Position numbers and translations under genes: made by a program. A stretch of DNA of 64,000 nt from positions 12,958,001-13,022,000 of the forward strand of contig NC_092348.1 in the NCBI RefSeq assembly GCF_963676685.1, given 5' to 3'. The notes under the pieces were generated by a model. It saw only the letters and a program-made list of their open reading frames with translations. It was not told the origin of the DNA and did not search any database. Below are positions 25,649 through 37,109 of this stretch, one piece after another. The stretch comes from Mytilus edulis (Eukaryota). The stretch's first letter is position 1. Every line of letters begins with the position of its first letter.

Positions 25649-27548
25649 TAACATTGTTGGGTTGATGTTTAGACGAGTTGTATATACATTATGTACACAG
25701 CCATGTATCACCATCATTGATGGCGATCCGATGGACACATCTGTTGTAGGGTTGTCACTGACTCAGACGTACTTATGAATATAATTATTTTCTGTGACTG
25801 TATCTTACATTAATTTGTAGGATCCTTTACTATAGATAATTTAGCTGATCTGTAACAATAACATCTTCATGCCTTATATATATCATGTACTGCAGTACGC
25901 CGCTAGATTAAAACTGACGTGGAAAGGTAACACACGGCCAGCGAAAGCTCTATTTTTTAGAGCCCAGGTGGTCGTGTGGTCTAGCGGGACGGCTGCAGTG
26001 CAGGCGATTTGGTGTCACGATATCACAGTAGCATGGGTTCGAATCCCGGCGAGGGAAGAACCAAAAATTTGCGAAAGCAAATTTACAGATCTAACATTGT
26101 TGGGTTGATGTTTAGACGAGTTGTATATACATTATGTACACAGCCATGTATCACCATCATTGATGGTGATCCGATGGACACATCTGTTGTAGGGTTGTCA
26201 CTGACTCAGACGTACTTTTGAATATTATTATTTTCTGTGACTGTATCTTACATTAATTTGTAGGATCCTTTACTATAGATAATTTAGCTGATCTGTAACA
26301 ATAACATCTTCATGCCTTATATATATCATGTACTGCAGTACGCCGCTAGATTAAAACTGACGTGGAAAGGTAACACACGGCCAGCGAAAGCTCTATTTTT
26401 AAGAGCCCAGGTGGTCGTGTGGTCTAGCGGGACGGCTGCAGTGCAGGCGATTTGGTGTCACGATATCACAGTAGCATGGGTTCGAATCCCGGCGAGGGAA
26501 GAACCAAAAATTTGCGAAAGCAAATTTACAGATCTAACATTGTTGGGTTGATGTTTAGACGAGTTGTATATACATTATGTACACAGCCATGTATCACCAT
26601 CATTGATGGTGATCCGATGGACACATCTGTTGTAGGGTTGTCACTGACTCAGACGTACTTTTGAATATTATTATTTTCTGTGACTGTATCTTACATTAAT
26701 TTGTAGGATCCTTTACTATAGATAATTTAGCTGATCTGTAACAATAACATCTTCATGCCTTATATATATCATGTACTGCAGTACGCCGCTAGATTAAAAC
26801 TGACGTGGAAAGGTAACACACGGCCAGCGAAAGCTCTATTTTTAAGAGCCCAGGTGGTCGTGTGGTCTAGCGGGACGGCTGCAGTGCAGGCGATTTGGTG
26901 TCACGATATCACAGTAGCATGGGTTCGAATCCCGGCGAGGGAAGAACCAAAAATTTGCGAAAGCAAATTTACAGATCTAACATTGTTGGGTTGATGTTTA
27001 GACGAGTTGTATATACATTATGTACACAGCCATGTATCACCATCATTGATGGCGATCCGATGGACACATCTGTTGTAGGGTTGTCACTGACTCAGACGTA
27101 CTTATGAATATAATTATTTTCTGTGACTGTATCTTACATTAATTTGTAGGATCCTTTACTATAGATAATTTAGCTGATCTGTAACAATAACATCTTCATG
27201 CCTTATATATATCATGTACTGCAGTACGCCGCTAGATTAAAACTGACGTGGAAAGGTAACACACGGCCAGCGAAAGCTCTATTTTTAAGAGCCCAGGTGG
27301 TCGTGTGGTCTAGCGGGACGGCTGCAGTGCAGGCGATTTGGTGTCACGATATCACAGTAGCATGGGTTCGAATCCCGGCGAGGGAAGAACCAAAAATTTG
27401 CGAAAGCAAATTTACAGATCTAACATTGTTGGGTTGATGTTTAGACGAGTTGTATATACATTATGTACACAGCCATGTATCACCATCATTGATGGCGATC
27501 CGATGGACACATCTGTTGTAGGGTTGTCACTGACTCAGACGTACTTAT
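25649..27548 (+). repeat. Tandem array of a 443-bp unit (4 units + 128 bp) flanked by (TA)n
   Basis: Unit starts taacattgttggg at 25649, 26092, 26535, 26978 and 27421; about 99% identical; (TA)n on both sides. Confidence 0.98.
25959..26400 (+). ncRNA. Putative ~440-nt structured Pol III RNA with tRNA-like head (further copies 26402-26843, 26845-27286; partial 27288-27548)
   Basis: A-box-like TGGTCGTGTGG (25969-25979), perfect B-box GGTTCGAATCC (26036-26046), T5 run at 26396-26400, extensive 5'/3' complementarity with G-U pairs. Confidence 0.55.
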
Positions 27549-27829
27549 ATATATATATATGTATATATTAGTTCTGTTACATAGCATTTCTAGAGTCGGG
27601 GTAATTTAGAGCCGACTGACTACTATATATATGTAGCTCTTTGTTCATTGTTGAAAACTGTATGTATTAACATAATAGATCTATAATTAACCAAGCAGTG
27701 TCATAATAATACTTATGATAAACATTTGCATTTTTGTTATTATGATCTTTTTTCATAATGCAAATAATATCACAATAAGATATTAATTTGGTTCTTAACG
27801 CTTTATTTCGTTAACGGAAAACCGTAACG

Positions 27830-30800
27830 TCAATAACAGGAAGTCCATCCGCATTTTCTGCCATAGATTCTGCTACATGTGGTTCCTCGGCATGGTGCTT
27901 GGGATACTCCACAGCAGTTAATGTTTCCTTTAGAGCATCTTACTGCAACCTATAAGATTAAAAGGAATATTTCTTTAATTGAGAGTTTTTCATCTAATGA
28001 ATATGCAATATCCATTTTAAGTAAGCATATAAAAATTTAAAACAAAACTTACAGCGAAGTAATTGAGATTTTTACAAATTTAAACTCAAGAATTTTCTAA
28101 ATAAAAATTAACTGAATAACAATGCGCATTTATGGAAATAGAATAATCAGAAATCAAAAAATGTGAACGAATAAACAACAACTAGAAAGTTATGGCTAAC
28201 TAATCAACCAAGGAAAAGTGTAAATTTTCTACCGAATTCAAAGAAACTTGACAATTTCCGTTTTTTTCAAAGGACCGGAAATACATAACGCTTTTAAAAA
28301 GGATATTACATTATGATTGACAATTATGAATATTTATTCAATGGAACCCTCCTCTCTGTTTTTCCGATGTCATACTACTAGAATGACTAATGACGGATTT
28401 GTCCTTAGGTTTGAATTAACTAAATGATAACTAAAATTTGCCTATATTTATATCAAGCTTTATTTGTTAAAATCTTAAATTTAGAAAAAATAGTATATGA
28501 AAATGCTATGACATAAAGCGTATTGTTTTTTGAACTACCGTTTAATAAAAGACTGCTTCCTTATAGAAGAAAATTGCAAATGAACAATTCGAAAGATATA
28601 TGTATTATTAACTCTGTAAGTACACCTACATAGCTTAAGTTAAGGACTTACATCACAGTTGTTAGTACATGTTTTAGCATAACCTCCAGTTCTAAGAGTC
28701 CTTCTTTCCAATTTGGTCAAGTAATTCCAACTTGCGATCCAGCTATTACATGAAGATAATGTATTTCGTCCATTTTCAATGTTTCCTATTAAAGAGTAAA
28801 ATGACAACCCGATTAATAATTGATTGAATAACAATAAGTCAATGCTATTTTTAAGACAATAAATGATTAAAGAAGAAGCCACAGAAACGGGTGATCGTCT
28901 TCATTACAGAAAATATTATAAATTTTCATATAAATATGTAAGTTGTTTTGGGTTGTTTTATTGACGAATACTTCACAAATTTCTCCTTTAGTTGCAATTG
29001 ATCAATTGAAATACGTTTTTGTCTTTCTGCTGAAGTTGATAATTTGAAAATTGGCCTGTGTGAAAGGAGGATAGTGTGTCAATAAAATGGCTAACAAACA
29101 TTTTTTAAGGGGAAAAAATAAAAGTAATAAAAAAAAGCCACATATGCACAAAGGTAAGGAAATCATATTCCGAATCTAATGCAACGCAATAAATCATATT
29201 GCAGTTTTGACATTTAGGCTGTAACTGCGTACCTGTTACAAGGAAGTCTTTTCCATCCAAGACTACACCACATTGAGCAGCAGTGCCGGTTATCAAAGTA
29301 GTTTCCTTTCCTTTATAAAGATTGCTCTAAAATATATAAAAACGCTTAAAGTCTATAACACGCATTTACCTTTTTATTAGATTTCTTTATATATTATCAA
29401 TATTTGTTATGTTTACTACAATTTATTAAGTCATGGTTGCAGCCATGTCTTGATCTGTTTCCTGTTTATACTCATTAGTAATAGGGGTCATAATTAAGTA
29501 AACTATTTTTCAGAATTGCTCTCTCTGATTTTCTTCATGGTTTCTACAGTGCTTGATGTAATAATCTTAAATGGGAAAACCATTGTATCATTTTCTAAAA
29601 GATTGAATGCAATTAGATTTTTGCAGATTTTAAGCATAAAATTTTGTAATGCTCATTAATTCTGTTTATATTTGAGGATGATGGAGGTCTTCAACCAGAG
29701 CTCTTTCTTCGTACATTTTCTTTAATTGTTGATGGCAGTTAAGGTTTTCATGATTCTTAGATACAGCATAACTGTATTATCCAGTTCAGTAGCGATTAGC
29801 AATTAACTAGATATTTGGATTTTTTCTTTGATTTGTTTTGTTGATTCTACCAGTAGCTACCATGTTGTCTTTTCAACAGGGGGTTTTACAGAATAATCAT
29901 ACAACAATATACAAGAGAATTGTTGTTGCGCATGTTACATGTACAACTTGGAGACATTACTTCAAAATAACTACTTACCTTGAAGGCTTCAGTAACCCTC
30001 ACAAAATATTTGGTACCACGATTGTAATTCAATCTCTTTTGACGCAGAACAGTCACTCGAATTACTATAAGATAAGATAAGAAGATAAGAAAACTTTATT
30101 TTGATTCGGCATTTAAGTACAAATATGCAACACAAGATCTAAGGAGCTTTTGAGTAAAATACTGTAAAAGAAAAACAACACAACATCCATAAAATATATA
30201 AAAGAAACATGACATGACATGAAATGAAGGCACTAGGAAAGGCTGGGGTTATGTACATTAAGTCATTTTGTATGGGATATTTTACCAGTTACGGTCATGT
30301 ATTTTTGAGTGTAAGTCATTTGGCAATTGATATTTAACCAGTCGGTTTATGAACGTTTGAGGATATCTAATTTGGTATGGAGTATTTTTAACAATGCATT
30401 AATAAAGCACTATATTAGGAGTTTTTGGAAACAGAAGTGATTTATTAAATATCGGATTTTGAATTAAAATATATTGAATGATAGTTACTGTAATTCAGTG
30501 AAGTTTTAACTATTACAGTTGTTTCAAAAAACATTACTAGATACTATGTATCATTTGTTTAATCTGGATTTTATATTTAAGGAATGACTGTTATATTTTT
30601 TCTTTCTATCGAGAAAAACATAAAAAAAACACTAAATAACCACTGCCGAATAGACTGAAAAAGATATCACAGTAATTTCTTATAATTTAATTCTAAATTC
30701 CATTTAAACCGGAGTAAACCATGAAAAAATGTTAATGACGTAACGATCAGAAGACAAAATTATGTCTCTGAACTAATAAACAAAACAACGTCAGCCAATC

Positions 30801-31569
30801 AGAAGACGCGTTACATCGAAAATTAAATTATAAGAATTTGTGACACAGCATATATTTCGTCTTCTGTTTGTTTTGCCAAAATTTTTAGTTTGTAAAACTA
30901 TGAGTTATTATGCTTTTATGAGGATGTGAATGTACATTTAATAGAATTGAATAACTAAACACAAATTTGAGAGGACATTTTAATTAAACAAGTATAAACA
31001 GTGAAAAATACATTTAACATGAAGAAAATTTGAATATATTTGTGATGTCGTTACACTTTTCATGGCTGTTCTGACGTAAGATTCAGAAGTTAGAAATACA
31101 AACTTTTACCATGCATATGACTTGAAAGTTAACACATGTAGAAGCATGACACAGTAAAGTTGTTTTCCTTTTGTTAGAAAATGAAGTTAGATTGAGTCAT
31201 ATGGATTTTTATTTTTTTTTGCAATAAATAGACCTTGAATTTTTGAAATTTGGCTATAGACTGAGGATATTATAGGGTTTCCCATATGATATGTGTTTTT
31301 CCCCTATTATTTCAAGGTCTTGTGTTGTTCTGTTGAAAGTTTAATTTTGATTTCAAAGTGCATTCGTGGAACTGAGGGTTACCCCACACATTGTTTACAT
31401 ATTTGAGAAGTATTTATGTATGTGTTTAGATTAAATCCTTACCAAAATCAGCATTACAAAAGTATTCTTGTTCATGGTTGAGTACCTCTCCTTTACATCT
31501 GCAACCCCCTCTGGCGTCAACATTTCCGAAGACAAGCAGCGATAACGCCAAAGCAAATACACACCACAT
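27830..31569 (-). CDS. TIMP-like (NTR-domain) secreted protein, 186 aa; coding exons 31569-31443, 30064-29979, 29326-29233, 28785-28652, 27949-27830
   Basis: All introns GT-AG with consistent phases (1,0,1,0). Signal peptide, then CRC...HEQEYFCNADFVIRVTV, AAQCGVVL...FLVTG, SSCNSWIASWNYLT...GYAKTC, and a short Cys-rich C-terminal domain. AATAAA about 25 nt after the stop. Confidence 0.85.
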
Positions 31570-31838
31570 CCTACAAAACACACTTATTATCAACAAGAAG
31601 TACATCAATTGAAAAATTTGAAGCGGTCCTAATAATTTTCGTTGAATAATCGTAGAATTATTTTTGGTAACACCTCAACCAACAAGTACACACAGACCGA
31701 CTGTATTTCAATATTCTATCAATTACTTTTGATATCTCTATTGCAACATATGATTGTGCCCAAGTAGTTGTTTTGAGATCTAAAATAATAAGTTAAATGA
31801 CTCACATAAAAAATCGTCTGCATGTCTCTATTTAGTGA

Positions 31839-32150
31839 TAACACCACTGGGTCGATGCCACTGCTGGTGGACGTTTCGTCCCCGAGAGTATCACTAGTCC
31901 AGTATTACGTACTTCGGTGTTGACATGAATATCAATTATATGGTTATTTGTTTTAATTTACTGTTTGCAAAGGTATGAATAATTTGAAATACTATGAATT
32001 TTCTTATCCCAGGCATAGATGACCATAGCCGTATTTGGCACAACATTTTGGAATTTTGGGTCCCCAATGCTCTTCAACTTTTACTTATTTGGCTTTCTAA
32101 CTATTTTGATCTGAGCGTCACTGATGAGTTTTGTGTAGAAGAAATGCGCG
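31839..32150 (+). mobile_element. Retrozyme-like repeat (family 1) monomer with degenerate hammerhead
   Basis: Homologous to 34325-34702; ends gcgtcaCTGATGAgttttgtgtagaaGAAAtgcgcg. Confidence 0.75.
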
Positions 32151-33465
32151 TTTTTTTTTTACAACGTCTCAGAATGAATAGGAATATAAAAACAGCCACA
32201 TTCTGATTAAATTTATAACTTGCACAACAAACCTACATAACCGGGAAAACAGTGTGTTGTTAGAAACACACGGTCGGGTAAACCACTTCCGGCTGCATTG
32301 AAAACTGATATGACAGGAAAGTAAAGACCTATATTAATAGCTGGTGTGCTTGGGTTGTGATCGTACCGATACTATAATGCTATCGACACATAAGTAAAAG
32401 ATTGAAAATTACATCCTCAGATAACGTTTTGCACGTGGAAAAGTAATTGGAACGGAAAACTTATTTAACTTACCATGACAATAAAAGATTTTGATTTTCC
32501 ATAACATTGAGTTACTTAGCATTCACGGTCATATAAGCAATTACGATCATTTAACATACAGTAGATTCTATTAATCTTATTGCATATTGACCTTTTTGCA
32601 TATGGTCACTTTTAGTTTAAGTCAAACTTATATAAATGTAAGGCTGAACTACCAAGCTATTTTCATCGACATAAAGGATTCTGATATTTAACAGAGGTTT
32701 AAATAGTTGATGGTTAAACATGTCTAATTTACTATTGTTTTTCTGTTTGTCTTTTTCATTTTTAGCCATGGCGTTGTCAGTTTGTTTTAGATTTATGAGT
32801 TTGACTGTCCCTTTGGTATCTTTCGTCCCTCTTTTAGACTAAACCTGCCCACCTTCAACAAAATAAGTGAAGGCTGGTATGAGTTGGTATGATTTGAACA
32901 TTATTCACTATATCAATTACTATATCCAACCTTTCTCAACTTTTACATCCAATTTAAAATAGTGGTGGTACATGCATTACAAAATATAGCAAGCAATGCA
33001 TGTGTTCCTATATCTAAACATGAAATTGAAGACAAACAACGATGTATTTTGACGATATGGCATCGAAAAGGTGATTTCATTTTTATTTTTATTTTAAATA
33101 TGTTGCTGAACTTGCGCTTTGTATATTACATACATTTCAAGAATATATGCCAATGATGGCAAGATCTCAATCCTAGTCTGTCTTTGGCTTTACTTTAGGT
33201 CATTTTCGTATTTGGCTTATCAGCTGTTCATAAAAAACAACACTTATTAAATAAAATTGTTAAATAAGTTTTTGATATTTAAATATATTGGCCTCGAACA
33301 TCATTGCAAAGTCTTGTATTGCGAAATGTGCATCTGATGCAGAAACAAAATATACCGATAAAGGTTATTATACAAAGGTTTTGAAACAGTATAGTGCGAG
33401 ATTTTGGAAACGAGACGATAATGCTCACACTACATTACATACAGTATGAAGATGTATAAACTTAC

Positions 33466-33522
33466 CTGATATCGTTATAATTTAAAGAATGCATTTTTGA
33501 AGCTTGCACCTCTTTATATAGC
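33466..33522 (-). promoter_or_regulatory. Candidate TATA box and short non-coding first exon of the TIMP-like gene
   Basis: Minus strand reads CTATATAAAGAG about 45 nt upstream of a CAG|GTAAGT donor. The ATG exon starts one base after an AG acceptor, so an upstream exon is required. Confidence 0.35.
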
Positions 33523-34324
33523 TAATTGTGCAGATTTAATTGATCAAAACAACCACAAAGTTCATGAATAACAAAACATAATAATTTATCATGTCAAATT
33601 AATTTGTCTGTAAACTTTTTATTATTGTAGACGAACTTATTATTGTTTTGGTTTTTCCGAAGTGCGTAAGATGAAGTTAATAAAAATGTATTAAAAATAT
33701 GTTAAAATTACACTCTTTTGACATTTATCATATACATGTATTTTAAAATATAAATATCAATTTAGTATTCTGTAGGCATTGAATTAAGGAAAACGATAGT
33801 TTTAGCGTTATTAAAATATAGTGACTTTAGAATCAAGAAAATTTATGTTATGTTCATCCGTATCTCTAGGTGAAAAAAAAAGCAAATTAAAAACCTTTTT
33901 TTTTTTAATTTTCCGTTTATTGAAAAACTAAGGTTCAGATTTCCTCATGGAAAGTACTCTTTAGATGGATTTGATTATTATTCAGTTTTTTTTATCGTTT
34001 AGCTCCCCAACTGTTTATGTTCTAGTACATTCTTGGGTTTAAAATGATCTGTTTTGAGCATTCCTAATAAAGACAAATCCAGAAGAGTGCTTCGGACGGA
34101 TGCAATTATTAAGTGTTGAATTCCATTTTAACAGTACTGAGTCATTAATGCTGCAGATGGACTATCAGTCCCCAATGGGATCACCAGCTCAGTAGTCAAT
34201 ACTTCTGTAATAACATGCCATTTCTTTTAAATTGTCTTACAAATAAAAAAATTAAAAAAAGAACGAAATTTTACAACCAAGAGATTTTGCTATTATTTAA
34301 GATCCCTTTTGGTCATATTAGTTG

Positions 34325-34716
34325 TCAAAGGTACCAGGCTTCAAATTTAATATGCCAGACGCGCGTTTCGTCTAAACAAGACTCATCAGTGACACTCAGA
34401 TCAAAATAGTTTTAAAGCCAAAGCAGTACAAAGTTGAAGAGCATTGAGGACCTACAATTCCGAAAAGTTATGCCAAATACGTCTAAGGTAATCTATGCCC
34501 GGGATAAGAAAATCCTTAGTATTTAGAAAAAATCATAATTTTGTAAACAGGAAATTTATCATTTGACCATATTATTAATTTTCATGTCAACACCGAAGTG
34601 CTGACTACTGGGCTGGTGATACCCTCGGGGACGAAACGTTCACCAACAGTGGCATCGACCCAGTCCAGTAGTGTAAACACTCAATAGAGACATGCAGATG
34701 AATCAAAGGTACCAGG
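34325..34716 (-). mobile_element. Retrozyme-like repeat (family 1), complete ~378-bp monomer with intact hammerhead
   Basis: tcaaaggtaccagg recurs at 34325 and 34703 (period 378). Contains the hammerhead at 34352-34395. Confidence 0.8.
34352..34395 (-). ncRNA. Type I hammerhead ribozyme
   Basis: Minus strand: gtgtca-CTGATGA-gtct tgttt agac-GAAA-cgcgcg-TC^-tggcat. Intact core, stems I and II, palindromic stem III, GUC cleavage triplet. Confidence 0.85.
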
Positions 34717-35680
34717 TTTATAGCACTTTAACTGTTTAGATTTTAATAATCTTTGCAATTGGCTTTTAAATATTAGACTCAAAGTTTTCCCGAAGAAGAT
34801 AAATCCGAGAGCATTAAATTATTTAAGTGTGGTTTTCATATTTTGTTAGAATTGAATTGTGTAGCAAGAATAAACAGAAAAAAAGAAAAGAAGGTCTGAA
34901 GTCATAAGTATCTAAAGGGTAATATCTGTTAAAATCACATTCATTTTAACATACTTAAACACATATCCAATATACAATTAGTCTGAAGTAAACAGTTAAC
35001 AAAGCATATATCAGATAACATATATAAGAATTTCAAGTGTATTTTTGTTTAGACGCCATCTAGTTACCTATCAACATGATCTCCCAAAAATAACGACGGT
35101 CATTTTACTTGATATGAACAGAAAACATAAAAGAAATAATTGATAGCTATCTCGTGCAACTTGATTTGACTATGTTTGCTTGATTTCATTTTATAGGTGA
35201 AACAAATCAGTTAACTATCGTTTTTACCTTTAAATGTTTTTGTTGATCGAATCGGTCAATAAATGATTTACCCTGGTTTCACTTTCAATATTGACATTCT
35301 TTTTCTTATAATTACTGAACATGCACAATGCATGCGTAATCCATCTCTAGCGTAGGGGTTAAATTGAAGGTCAAATAAATACGGATTTATTTAGATCAAT
35401 TGTTCACCAGTAATCTTCAATTGGACCATAAATGTACTGGCTGCTAAAAGCGAATTATCATTTCACTATTTCACTTTCAATAATGATTGAAAAAAAAAAT
35501 CATATTTTTTTTTATCTTGTAGCTAGTCACCCTTTTTATATGAAGATACATTTACCCTTATGTTCTCGCACTACGTACAACACATTAATTCGTTTTGTAA
35601 AAAATATTTCCGTATTTTATGTACCCCTTTCAATAAAATATTTTTATTTAACTGTGAAGCTGTTAAACCAAGCGTTCTAA

Positions 35681-35820
35681 ATGGTGAAGTTGAAATCATC
35701 CCTTCGTAAATTTTACGGACGCCATCACGAGTTGGTTGACCGTTATGGAATAACCGTTTTACTAATGATATCGGATATGTTCATTACGTCGTAACTACAA
35801 TCCCCTTCCCTTTCATGAAT
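35681..35820 (+). mobile_element. Penelope-like RT C-terminal fragment
   Basis: Translates MVKLKSSLRKFYGRHHELVDRYGITV, homologous to 49340-49410. Confidence 0.65.
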
Positions 35821-36694
35821 GAGTGCCAATGAGACAACTCTCCATCCAAGTAATAATTTATAAAAGAAAACCATAGGTCAACACGGAGCTTTGGTTCACA
35901 CCGAATAGCAAGCTATAAAGGTCCCCAAAATTACTAGTTTAAAACCATTCAAACGGGAAAACCAGTGGTCTTATCTATACAAAAACGTGAAACGAGAAAC
36001 ACTTATGAACCACATAAACAGATGACAACCACTGAACATCAGATTTCTGACTTAGAGCAGGTGCAAACAATTGCAGCGGGATTAAACGTTTTATGTTTAC
36101 TTGTTTTGTTAATATGTCTTTTGATTAAGTTAAGTTTAATTAAGCCATTTCAATTGATATTTTATTATGCGTCTTTTTATATTGTAATATTACACTATTG
36201 TTTTAGGTAAGGCTGAAGTTTGACGCCTAATAAAATGTTTAAACCCGCTGCATTTGTGTGCACCTGCCCTAAGTCAGGAACATATTGTGTTTCGTTTTTT
36301 AGTACATATTAAACCGTTGATTTACCTGTTTGAATGGTTTATACTTATCATTTTGTGGGTCATTTATAGCTTGCTGTTCATAGAAGGTCGTACTTTGACC
36401 TATAATGGTCGACTTTTTCAAATTGTGACTTAGATGGAGAGTTGTCTCATTGGTACTCATACCCCATTTTCTTCTTCTTTTCTTCTGTTTTATTCTTGTA
36501 TGCGCTTTGTTTCTAGTGCTAAATTTAACTTTTGTTGATACTGATGTTTTTTTGTGTTCATAAAATGTTAACATTATTCAAAGCACTAAGATTTTTTCAA
36601 ATCCCAGGTTTACTTAACTTTTGGAAAATGTCACAGTGACAAAATCTTATGGGGATTGTTGATTTGAAGTACTTTTCCGTAGTTTTTGATATCA

Positions 36695-36987
36695 ACATGT
36701 AATTCGTCAGTACGAACATCGATATAACCTTGTAAATGTTTATTTCGAACAACGATATAACCTTGTAATTGTTTAATTCGAACATCGATATAACCTTGTA
36801 ATAGTTAAATTCGAACATCGATGTAACCTTGTAATTGTTTAGTTCAAACATCGATGTAACCGTGTAATTGTTCAGTTCAATCATCGATGTAACCGTTTAA
36901 TTGTTTAATTCGAACACCGATATAACCTTGTAATGGTTTAATTCGAACATAGATGTAACCTTGTAATCGTTCAGTTCGAACATCGAT
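36695..36987. repeat. Minisatellite, 33-bp unit x ~9
   Basis: ttcgaacatcgat(a/g)taaccttgtaattgtttaa repeated with substitutions. Confidence 0.9.
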
Positions 36988-37109
36988 GATCACTTTGATG
37001 TATACGGATCGCATGTCTGGCGTATCAAATTATAATAGAATAATTATTTTATGAAAGTATGGTTGACGAGTTTATAAAGCACCAGCTCGTTGTTTGTAGT
37101 TAAAATTAA

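Noticed and set aside
25914-25966. Hammerhead ribozyme at the unit junction (ctgacgt...gcgaaagctct...agagccc)
   Set aside because: Core reads CUGACGU rather than CUGANGA, and there is no UH cleavage site after the putative stem III.
25962-26058. Functional tRNA gene cluster
   Set aside because: A/B boxes are present but there is no proper 7-bp acceptor stem or canonical anticodon arm.
25649-27548. CRISPR array or protein-coding repeat (79-aa and 70-aa ORFs)
   Set aside because: Units are identical throughout with no unique spacers and no cas genes, in a eukaryotic context. The short ORFs overlap in different frames and simply recur with the repeat.
36597-36884. Repetitive 95-aa protein
   Set aside because: Translation of a 33-bp minisatellite.
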